Shown here: positions 1 through 11,333 of the stretch, one piece after another
How positions within the stretch are numbered: the first letter of the stretch is position 1
Layout: every line of letters starts with the position of its first letter
DNA from: Botryllus schlosseri
Taxonomy: Eukaryota
Reading direction: 5' to 3'
Length of the DNA stretch: 64,000 bases
Assembly (NCBI GenBank): GCA_051294905.1
Contig: CM119379.1
Coordinates: forward strand, 16,244,001 to 16,308,000
The notes under the pieces: model-generated
Told to the model about the DNA's origin: nothing
What the model saw: the letters and a program-made list of their open reading frames with translations, nothing else
Databases searched by the model: none
Made by a program: the position numbers and the translations under genes

Positions 1-634
1 AGTAGGCTAGTGTCCTTTGTAATCTGATCCCCACAGTACAGATGCGAACTGCAGAGGAAAATGATGCGCACCATAATTAAATACCAATTTGTCATCGTGT
101 TCTCCTCACCACGAAGAAAATTTGTTTCTGGTAGCCTATGTTTGGCCGAATCCAATATCTTCCCACTATACCGAAACTGCTGATGAGATATCGAGAAATA
201 ACAACATGCAACAAAAGGGACTAAAAACAATTTGTCCACCCAAAGATGCAGCACAGCATAAATAACTTCCCTAAATTTTCGTGGACACCCCCTGCATCAA
301 CTCTACCGATGAATTCGATCACATGGACTGAGAAACGGTAAATCTTTGATGGTAATATGTGGGAATTTACTAATAATAATGACGAAATTCACTCAAGAAC
401 ATGAAAATTTTTTCGCGCTTCGCGCGACTGGAACGCGGGTCCTTTTGCTTATTCATAACATGACTAATCACGATTATCTGTTGCCCGTGTTAGCGTTGTA
501 CTGGCGTAGAGTTCTGAAAACGTGTCCGTTTAACAGCGTTGCCTGTTTTAATCTCGATATAGAAGTCATGCGGCCCGCGGCCTCGACGAATTTTGAAAAG
601 TGGCCCGCGACCCGTTTTGAGTTGGCGACCCCTG
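1..634 (-). mobile_element. partial hAT-type MITE (other end outside the window)
   Basis: Ends ...GAGTTGGCGACCCCTG at 634. Bases 490-634 are the reverse complement of the ends at 2940 and 59692; 28-425 is homologous to 60030-60372. Confidence 0.75.
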
Positions 635-2439
635 GTTTATGACATCTCAATAGTTTTCGCATGGCGCAGAACTGGAAAAGCTTTTATGTTGAATATATAT
701 TTCGATAGATTTGAAGTGGGGATCGTGATTATTGGTTGTCGATTTTAGAGTACATTTTTGAAGAAATATTTGTGTCGATCTGATGTAAAAGAAATCCGTG
801 ACAGCGCGTCAATGAATTAACGTAGAATTGTGCCTCAAATCTTATACAATATAAATAAACAGTCTGAAAAGGAATTGAATGAAATAATTGCAAATGATTG
901 CAAATACTATCTCTATCCAGAGATGGTACGCTGCTGTATAGTAACACTTCATCTGTACCTTTGACCCTATCTGTGTGGCTTTAAGCGTCTATTAACAACT
1001 CTGGTGACTCACTTGGGATTACTTTTCCTTGCAACAAATGACCAGCAATAATGATTCCAATAAACGGTTACAGATATATGACTGATAACATCCCGCATTT
1101 CTGAGGTCGAATATTCGTCATAGGTTCGAAGCGTCTCTCACAAAACGCTTGTCGCAATGTCAATCTACGATATCTGCGGCATTCAGTCTAATGACTTTTA
1201 CAATATTTACATTGCTTTCATTGTGACTGTGACAAATGGATGCACATTGGCGGGTAATCGGATTTTTCCCGTGTTTTACGGTGTTATGATGCGCAAATAT
1301 GTGTTGATGAAACCATCAGATAATGACAGCGTTTATGCTATCAGGTGCCAGAGTGATTATTTACAGTTTACAGCTTCAAGAGATTAGTGGTTCGGCCGCC
1401 GACAGCCCAAGTGTTCTCATTTACACCTACACGAGGCCGCTGGCGCCAATGAGTTGCTCTCCGTCATCATTAATCAGTTCAAGAGCCTTGGAGAGCCCAC
1501 TCTGCGTTGGCACGGATCAATCCACGCCTTTCATTTCCACGCCTGCCCATCAACTTTACGAAGAGCTAGTGTGAAAAACTGCGGCTGTTAAAATTATGAC
1601 TGCTTAACAAAAACCTACCCCGACGACAGCATTTTGAGAGCTGAAACACAGTGAATATATTGGAGCGGAGGCCACAGTTTCTACATACATCAATACACAA
1701 TGGCACATCCCCAACTCTATTCATCAGCAAGGGGGATTACATGATACCCGATCTCAGAGAGGCCAATGTTATGTCACGACCCAGTCAAGCATGAAATGCA
1801 TATTGTCTATTAGCATTGTTCATATGTCATTTGACTTGATAAAACTCTGATGTGGTTACTATGGTTGCAACTGTAAAAAGCGAATAACCTAATACGCAGG
1901 TGCAAGTCAATGTCTCTTCTGCTCGTGATTCTCCCGAGTCGCGACTTGCATCCATCGGAAATGAATTGTTTTATTCATTCGCACTGGAAGCTCATGAGAG
2001 GAATTCTATTGGAAGTGATGACACGCAATGGCAGGGGGAGAGAGACACAGCAGCAACTGGTGTTCGGCGTTGCTTGTCATTGCCGAAAAAACTCAGAAGT
2101 CACGAAAAGGTTACCATTCTCAAGTGACACCGTCCACACGAATCCTCTCGAAGAAAGGGAATGTGATTTTGATTGCAGTGAGCGAGCTTATCACTCGTCA
2201 CGTGCCGCTCTGGGAGCGACTCCCTATTGAAGTCGTAATGCATGAAGATGTGAGATTATATTAAGTCGAATGTGGGCACGTCCGTTTCCTACACATTGTA
2301 TCAATTAATACAGTATATACAATTTTTGCGACTATACTATTAAATCATACCAGTCATACAACGGTTATCCAATATTTCGACACAACATTGACACGATATC
2401 TATACTTTACTTGTATAGGCCTACTCTCCCACCCACATA

Positions 2440-2700
2440 AACCGGAGGAGGCCATTAACGAATTACTTCTACTTTTTCGAAGCAGGTTTTGGCTACTCGA
2501 ATTACTTAATAAAGTGGTCGTGGTATTTTCTACTCATTACTTTACTTCACAGTTTTCAGTCTGTTAGTCAAAACTGGGCCGAGAATACTTACTTTCACTT
2601 ACTTGGAAATAGCCGTTTCTACTTGTATAGTTGAGAATAAATTTTCCATGTCACTTCTACTTCTACTCTAGTGCCAATGATCACTAATCTGACCACGACT
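2440..2700. repeat. TACTT/AAGTA-rich decayed DNA-transposon remnant (related sequence ~47560-48600)
   Basis: Dense TACTT motifs; end CTGACCACGACTG resembles the reverse complement of AGAGGTGGTCAG at ~47560. Confidence 0.35.
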
Positions 2701-2939
2701 GACACAAACTCAAACCCTTTCAGCTACAGGAGAGGTTGAATTGTCGTCAGCTACACATTAAAGGCAAATTTGGATGAGTGGGCAAATTGTTAATTCAATT
2801 AATGATGAACCTACATCTCAGCTTTTAACGACATGAAATCAGATTGTCAGGTATTATAAATGTGAGGTTTTGTCCAGTTGTTTCCTTCCTGGATTTTCAT
2901 CCATTCATAAATTCGCCTACACCACGATATGATCGATGC

Positions 2940-3960
2940 TAAGACTCACCAACTCAAAACGGGTCGCTTCTCGTAGAGGACGCGGGTCGCATGAATTCAA
3001 TATCGCGATAAAATAGGCCACACAGATTAACAATCTCGTTTTTATAACTTAACGTCAGTACAACGCTGTGCTCTCTAACATGAACGACGGGCATGTTTAC
3101 CAGAAAAGAAATAATAATACAACAAAAATATGATGATTATCACTTTCGTTTTATTTTGAACTATGAGCTGCGTAGTGCGCACCTCATAACAATTTTCAGC
3201 GACTAAAGAGTCGATATTTGGGTTAGATATAGACACGGTATTTGCTGGAAATCTATCTCCCCGTAAAGCTTGATTCTGTAGAGAATCCCCAAGCCGTTCT
3301 GTATGCGTTTCGGTATTGACCGTATTTGGGCGATTGCACGTCAGGACATTATGCCCATTGCCCATTTGTTATCAGCTAGTTCTTTCTCCATGGAATGCCA
3401 TTACCATATCTCCGAAGCTGCATTAGCTAGTTAGGAATGGTGATGTTGGGCGCAGGAGAATAGCGTATTTTGAACAACAACAACAATCCATTTAAATTGA
3501 AATCAATTTCACCAATTCGTGTTCGACACCAATGGTTACTGGTTCGAGTCTCGGCTCTGCCATGCTTCTATGTGTCGGAGGTTTATCTGGGCTCCTCATT
3601 GCCGATCCCGCTGTAAATACAGCGCCTTGAAAAGCCCAGAGAAAGAGAGAGCCGAACTCTTGAAAGATGGCATCAAAAGACTAAGTTGCGGGCGCATAAA
3701 AATCGAGAGAGACTGATGGTGGAAGAGTGCGTGCATGGAAGTCGTCCGTAATACGAAGAAAAGACCGTAAAAATACAGCTGACATTACTGAAATTGATGT
3801 ACTGGGCGCAAATGACCTTATAGGCGATAAGCGCCAATGTTGTGCGAATAAAAACAAAAAAAAACAATTCGTGTTGCTTTACTAAGCGTTCTTCCGAAAT
3901 CTCAAATCAGGACGCGGGCTATAAAATATGATCTCGCGGGCCGCGTGTTGGTTATCCCTG
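2940..3960 (+). mobile_element. degenerate hAT-type MITE with a nested SINE fragment
   Basis: TSD ATCGATGC (2932-2939) / ATCTATGC (3961-3968); ends TAAGACTCACCAACTC and GTTGGTTATCCCTG; GCGGGCCGC subterminal motifs. Confidence 0.65.
3515..3660 (+). mobile_element. tRNA-derived SINE family 2, fragment
   Basis: B-box-like GGTTCGAGTC. Shares TTCRACACCAATGG, TGTYGGAGGTTTATCT and AAAAGCCYAGA with the copy at 43690-43882. Confidence 0.55.
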
Positions 3961-4461
3961 ATCTATGCAAATTCACACAATTATATGATACGATGCAACG
4001 ACGGTAAATTGACGAAACGTCAGCCGCTAACCTACATTAAGTATGAAAACATTGTGTTCCAGTCCTAGACAGGAGACATGCGCAGTTTGCACACCGACCG
4101 AGTCAGACAGACGCCGTATAGTCCAGGGATATGCAGTATCTGCGGGCCGTTAATAACCCTGTGTTTAAACAATCTGCAGAAAAGGAATACATCAGGGGCT
4201 ATTGATTTTGTAAGGTGTTATTTTTACCTAACGCAGGTTAAAGCGCCCAAAATTATCAATATGAATGTGCTGATAAGGTACATAATAGACCTGTTTAATT
4301 GCTCGACTGGCATAATGACCATTCGCGGTCTGGTATATGCTTTCTATTATTCCACGCAGGTGAATTTACATGATCTATTATCTCTTGACGCAAACATTGT
4401 TATTCTAATTTCGCTTTGACACCTCTGGCGCCATTTGTCTGGACATGAACGCACTCAAACA

Positions 4462-4481
4462 CTCTTCAGGGCCCTGAAGAG
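4462..4481. repeat. perfect 20-bp palindrome CTCTTCAGGGCCCTGAAGAG
   Basis: Direct reading. Confidence 0.95.
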
Positions 4482-5446
4482 GCTGTTATACTGCTTCACG
4501 TCCTCTTCTGGCAGATTATTCCGTAAATTCGCGCCTGGCGATTCCACTTACTTTTAAGAGATCAACCTCCAGTTCGTTTAATTTTCGGGAAATATTTACC
4601 TTTGAACGTTTGGCACTAATCACCTGGCGTGTACAAATACGTTGCCTACGACGTCCCGACTCAAAAATCTTCCATTTTATAACTTTAGGTGTGGGTGCTA
4701 TGAAGAGTTATTTTTTATGACAACTGTCGAGGGAAATACGTAACTTACATTTTAGTTGCCCTGTGGTAAACCCCACGGAGCACTTTCGACTCTATTTATG
4801 AAGAAGTAGTATATTTCGCCATATCACATGTGGTACAATAACGCTGGGATCTGTTTTGCCACCGACACTGCTAAATTGCCTATAATTAAATTGGATCGGG
4901 GACCTGCAATAGCCAAATGGAACTAAACATTAAACAATACCACCCTCTACACGATGCTGCAAATCTCTCTAACAAACTGCAGTGTTTTATGGACTGCCGA
5001 AGGCGATTTGTGTGCCAGTTAGCAAATCCATATCCGCCGTCTTAAATGAACGTCTTGATAGATGGACATTGACTTCAAGCATGTACAACATGAGAACTAT
5101 GCTTAGGAAGCGTAAATATAGGCCAGAAAGCCTATGCGTGTCGCATTATGGAATTAGCGAGTTTTTGCCAGAATAGCCCGTATGTCATCTTTACGTCTCA
5201 AGTCACAACAATATGTCGACAATAATTTCACCTGTAACTGTTGGATAATACTCGGGATTTGCGGGAGGTTTGGTATCGTCGCCCAAGACTAGGCTCCTTT
5301 TTGACTTAGGGATTAATAAGGATCCAAAACTCGAGTTAACAATTCTTGAACACAAATGTATGTCATGGATGAATTTTGGTATATAGATTCATAATTTACT
5401 GCTGAAAATCCCGAGTAATGTCGCAGAATGTAATTGATATGTAGTC

Positions 5447-5827
5447 TAGGGTTACCATACGTCCTCTTTTAAAAGATTTGTCCTCTTTTTTGACTTTTTT
5501 GAAAGTGTCCCAAATGTCCTCTTTTTTGAGAATTTGTCTTCTTTTTTGAAAATTTTGGTTAAATAAAGGGTAAGATTCGGCTGAAATATAGGAAATCTGT
5601 ACTCAATAACGTTCCGACGGGTATTTCGGGATTCGGGCCGGAAAGTTGACCTATTTTTAGGCAACCAACGAAAAATCACGGTAATACGCGATTTCAGTCG
5701 GAAAGATGACCTTTTTTTAGTCAACTGACCACGAATTGGGAAAATTTATCATTTGTCACCGGTATTGCAGGTCTGAAAAGTTTGGAAAAGTGTCCTCTTT
5801 TCAGATTTCCAAAATATGGTAACCTTA
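5447..5827. mobile_element. hAT-type MITE, TAGG-ended family
   Basis: TIRs TAGGGTTACCATA / TATGGTAACCTTA; TSD ATGTAGTC / ATCTAGTC; GTCCTCTTTT subterminal repeats. Confidence 0.85.
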
Positions 5828-7989
5828 ATCTAGTCCCGATGCGAGATATGGATTTTTGTAGGTTTCCGTTTCTTTGTTGTCTGGGGTTGCAGCCCAAAAA
5901 GGGCTGAGGCCCACACGAATCGGTACAGGAATGACATCCACAACGTTTATGGTGTTGGAGAAACTTCATATTATATAATTGTAACGGTATAAAATGATAA
6001 CTGACGTCATGATAACTCCATCTGACAAAGAAAAGGCAATCCTCGCTCTCGTAAGCCTAAGCCTACGACGGTATTTCGATATCAGCTTGGAAACGCATTT
6101 TGCTCCCACGCGACAAAACACTTTTTCGAAACAAAAACTTATACGACTGTCAATTAAAGTCCAAAGTAACAAGCCGCCGTGAAACATGTTGATTCACAGA
6201 TTCCCATTGTCCATTAACAAATTTGCTACAAATCACCTTAAGCCCACGGCGCGCGAACAGGGTCGGTTTGGTTGTAACGGTTGTTCTCTTTCTGCCGAAA
6301 AGCTAATCACCGCGTAATTCCCGTCCATTTTCGTCGGTTCCTTAATACCCTGAGTTCTATTAAATTCACAGTGGGCATACACCGACCACGTGAGTTACTA
6401 ACCTTTTAGCACGAAATCGTCACCAAATTCAATGCGTTGTAAAAACTGCGCGCTTAATGTAGACACTGAATCATGAGCCGGCAAACAGCGATCAAAATGT
6501 CTTTTAAATGGTACTTCCCATGCATTTTCGACGCCCACCGATTTTTCTACAGTTGGTATAACAAGGGACAGATATTCTAAACTTCCTGCAATGGAAACAC
6601 GACGCTATTCCTTGTGACACAATAAACGCGTCTGAAGACGTCATAATTACTCGTAAACGCGGGTAACAACTCTCTTACCCAAATACCCATGCCCAAATTC
6701 CTATGCTAACCCTCCTTCGAGGTTGGATTGAAACGAAATATATCCTAAATTTCTCGCATTGATCCTAATGAAAAAACATATTTTGGATAGCCTGGTATTT
6801 GCAGTTTAGCGGATATATTTTATTCTCGCTATACCAGGACCGCAGCTTTAACCCAACCTACGAACATAATTTGTCAGCGTAAGAAACGGGATATGTACCA
6901 TTCACCATGTGACATATTTTTCATTCGTTTAGTGTCAATCCGGTGAGGAAACATACGAATGCATGTCTAATATCACTTTCCATCCGTGGATCATTATTCA
7001 CGCGATTATCAGTATTCACGGGTAGTTTCGACAGCAGCTGAATTAGTTCAACTATATCGCTTTGAAATGCTCCAAAAATTATATGCGCCTACCGATGTGA
7101 CCAGACGATATTTCGACGCGTAGGCGCCTCCGGTCTTATAGCTCTGAGCTGCGGGTAGGCACTACGACAAAGTAACCTCAGTTAATGAGCTAACCAAACA
7201 ATGCAAACATGCGCTGGCAAACGAAAACAGATAAAATCCCGATTACATCTTGTACACACTGGAGTGATGGTAATAAGCGAGTCACCACTCGCCTTCTCTT
7301 CACGAATACCTAATCGCACGGGAGCCGCAAAGCAACTATATCTACCAGCCATTTTGATGGGGTTTCACGAGTTTTGATTTCCATAATCTAGTTTCTGGTG
7401 TCAGGCTAATTATGCAAAATTAATTCTATATCATATTGCAACCTGTGGCGTAGGTAGTACCGAGTGAAGATAAAAACTTTTAGTTCACAACTGTTAAGAG
7501 ATTTTGTGAGATATATAGTGACCATTGGATTCCTATCATTACAAACATTACCCATTCGGATGACCACATTTTGCTTCACGTAGATTACTATATATTGTTT
7601 GGATTAGAGACACTGAAAAAGTTAGCGACTCTTAATATTACTAGCCAGTGAGTTTGATAGTTGTAAACGTGTTGAATTTGAAATATATTTCATTTTAAGT
7701 AAACTGCAGCCATGTCCCTCTCTTAGCTAGTGCTAACGTGCGGGTCACGCCCGTGTTTGGTTTGTGAAACTTGCAATCCAACATTAGTAGGTTCTATCCA
7801 GTGTATATTTTAGTTGAATAAAATAATTTTCCAGTGATCTTTATATTTGTGATCAAAATACCCTGAATTACAATTACTATCACACGCTTCATGGCGACAC
7901 TGATCGAAATTCAACACAATACTAAGATTAACTTTGTAAAGTCGAAAACTAAAATGGTGTCCGGGAATCACATTCTTATTTTTAAATGG

Positions 7990-8470
7990 TGTATTCATAT
8001 TGAAATCAACCGGAATATTTTCGGCTGACACTCGCCAGGGGTAATCGTCAGCAACTGGTAGAGAATTGGAAAGATCCTTGTGTGTATTCATATTTTTGTG
8101 GATAATAAAATGATCCGATTTCATCAGTGCTACGAGCTTGATACCAGCTTGCTAGAGCAAGATCATAAGCCACAGTGCAGTGGTAGAGTTGTATATGTAT
8201 ATGACAAGTTTCTTGGAGGCACAGAACTTCAATATACAGTTGAATAGTATATTCATGTTGAAATGAACCCGGATATTTTCGGCTGACACTCGTCAGGGGT
8301 TATCGTCAGCAACTATAGAGAATGGGAAAGAACATTATATATCAACAATCGTATCATGCCTGTGACGTCTTATTTTGCGATGCTATTGTTGATAATATCT
8401 TTGCTAACGAGTGTCAGCTTCAAGTATAATGGCTAATTTCAATATGAATATACTATTCAACCGTTTATAT
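7990..8470. mobile_element. hairpin-core MITE family (one partial plus one fuller copy)
   Basis: Core GCTGACACTCG(C/T)CAGGGGT(A/T)ATCGTCAGC at 8024-8052 and 8282-8310; inverted arms 8230-8292 / 8408-8468. Confidence 0.65.
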
Positions 8471-9896
8471 ATATTTTATATACACCTGATGCAGCCGCAC
8501 AATATTTGCAGTGCGTGGTCTCAGTATTACCCATGCGCTTCTAAGACTCGTTGGACAGCCCAGGAAAGAAGGGGCTCTTACGATACCTATCAATCTAACT
8601 AAACATAAACGTCGGTATGTTCGTATATTCTAGCATACATATCTACGAAGCTCAAGTGGATGAAGTTTTTGTGACGCAATCATATTTTTAAATGCAACAA
8701 TAGCACTGTGATTTTTTGTTTTAAAAGACTTTACTTTGCCACTCCAGTATTGTATACATATTGTAAATAACTTGGAAAAAGTAGTATTTGAATTACCGAT
8801 GTCAAGTTACATGATGTCAAGGGACCTTTCATTGGTACCGTTCCTACAGTGCCGCTCTATTACGCGCTTCAGATGCGTCTAGACTTCCAAGTCCGCGTGT
8901 ATTGCATCGAACGACGACAAAATATGATGTCATGAGAGTGAACGTCTCCTGACATAGAAAATGTTTCATGAAGCGGTAATATTGCCCGATAAGTCACGCC
9001 TGTCTTGAGCTTGTCACACCAGTTTCGGTATAATCTAGATTCGATTTGATGTCTGCCATTTCTCTGCAACCTTATCCTTCTGTATGCTCTCACCACAACA
9101 GCAAGTGCTACAACAGCCGTGTATTCATAGTAAAGTAAAATTATCAATCTTACAACGCGATTGCTGCGCATGCAACATTGCACAATATTCCGTAATGGTC
9201 AAAATCTCGAAGAAAAGTTAGGAAGAAATTCGGCGCGAAAATTGTCATATCTTGCTGCTTCCACGAGACATTGAAAAATACTGTATATAATGGACACGGA
9301 CACCAATGGACAGCACGCAATCCAATTCTTAAAATCTAAAACGAGGAACAGAATGACAAGGACCGGTATAGTTGAAGTCTAACGCACAAACGCAACCTGC
9401 CATGATCATGAAACCGTCATCAAAAAGCATAACTGGGCGAAATACTATACCATTGTATGTGGCACATTCAATCGCCAACATAACATGCCTTGGGCTTATT
9501 CGAAAGTGCAAATAAATCTTGGGGGCGGCGACAGCTTGTGGAATTGTTAAGCAGCAAGGCTGGCTTTTTGAGGTCAGTTGGTGCAAATGCAAGGGACACA
9601 GACACATAGGCAATAATCGTAGCATTCATTTTCCGTAAATGCGGCTATTTCGATTATTCACACCCTCGTCGACCGGGCATATATGTTTACATCAAAAGGA
9701 TAGAAGAAACACAACATTGCTCGTAAAAACGTGGAAATGATAATAATAATAATAGTAATGTAGATATGAAGAGAATGGAAATAATAAACATAGAATGAAG
9801 AGATAATATCGGACAACTATACTGACACGCATCACCGAACGCCGGCCTACTGGATATACTTTCTATCTCGAATGCTGCCGTTCCGTTGACGACATT

Positions 9897-9902
9897 TTTA
9901 TT
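9897..9902 (-). terminator. candidate polyadenylation signal AATAAA for Tbx2/3
   Basis: First AATAAA on the minus strand after the stop (~210 nt). A longer UTR is not excluded. Confidence 0.35.
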
Positions 9903-10110
9903 CGGGGATGGCAGGTTGGTATATGGTAGGATTCTTGGGAACCGTCATATTTCAATGCTTCCATTTCCTTACTTGATGGAGGACGTAAAGAAAATTCCCA
10001 TAAAGTTACATCGCGAGGAATCATGATCATTACCGATTTTTCGTCTTCGTCATAAATTCGGAACACTACGGTATACGACACGACACCGAACACAGTATAC
10101 TGTAATTTAA

Positions 10111-11333
10111 CTATTCGCTAGAAATTTTGTTCCTCCGCTCCAACCCGGACACCAAACGTTCCATATTACGAATCTCGTGGACCGCGCTTCTGCGGCTCAT
10201 CGATTTCGGAGACACCGGCTCTTCCTTCATCTCCGAGTCGCCATCGCTGGAATCGACGCGCATGATACTACGCGTGGGGCTACCGTTACTAACCGACGAC
10301 GCGCTGGACACGTTATGCCTACTGTCTCCGTATTTTGAGCTGGGGGAATCGATATGAACGGATGAGCGGTGGCCGGCGTAATCCAAGTGACTTCCTTTCG
10401 GAATGTGATATGGTGAAAAGCGAGGGTGGCCGGTAGTCAGCGTCGGAGCCTTAGTATGCAGCGATAAATTGTGACCGCTCTGCGATTCGCCTTTACCGAA
10501 TTTCGCTGAATGTCTGTAGAGGCTTTCGGCCAGAGCTCTTGTCTGTCCTAATCTACCCGACGGGTCTGCGTCTTTAGCAGCGGCCGATACGAAAGGTCTG
10601 CCTCCGGCAGGTAGATATGGGTTATAAGAATACGGAAAGAAGTTCGCGTATGGCCCCACTGACGTTAACAGTGATGAAAGCGCCGCTGGACTGTGCGGTG
10701 ACAGGAAAGACGAGGCTCTGGACAACGAGGGGCCGCCGCCGAAATCATTGGCTCCGGCCACGGCCGCATGCAGTAGCGCCGGGTTAATAGACCCGGAACT
10801 GGAAAACACGTTCCCGTGGGCTGACATAGCTGCTGACAAAGCGGATAGGTGGTTTGAATGGAGGTACGGGTGAGATTGCAGTGCCGCGGCGAAATGTGGC
10901 ATGAGAGGATTGGGATAGCTTCCTAGACTGGCGAAGCTATTGGCATGGATCGGTATAGGTGACGTGATCGTTGATGACGTAACGGATGAGGGCGGTGACA
11001 ACGTGGGGCTGCGTGCCGACACTCTTAACGGCCCCCTCTCGTCGAATTTCGTGGGGATCAGCGGGGTCTTCTTGTTTTCGAGGATTTGACCCCCGTCCCG
11101 GCTAGATGATGTCACTTCCGGCGTACGCCGGCGTTCCGGGGAATTCGAGGAACAGTCTGATAGGAATCCGGACTTTCCAGATACTTCCTGAGTTTGAACG
11201 GCGCCCGGTAACGGTAGGGGTTGCTTTTTCTCGCCGCTAATCTTTCTCGTGTTTGTTCTGGCGTCTTGGGATTGAGAATGCGTGTGTCGCGATTCTGGAG
11301 AAGCGGAAAATCGTCTCGTATCGGATCTTGGCA
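10111..11333 (-). CDS. Tbx2/3: Tbx2/3 last coding exon (Ser/Pro/Ala-rich C-terminal region)
   Basis: Acceptor ttcgcaacag|TG; 1223-nt open frame to TAG; contains HPRFSPY and MERLVSGLE. Confidence 0.95.

Noticed and set aside
8171-8177. CACAGTG heptamer suggesting RSS/Transib/ProtoRAG ends
   Set aside because: No nonamer at 12 or 23 bp, no 5-bp TSD, and the position is not consistent with the 23-kb copy.
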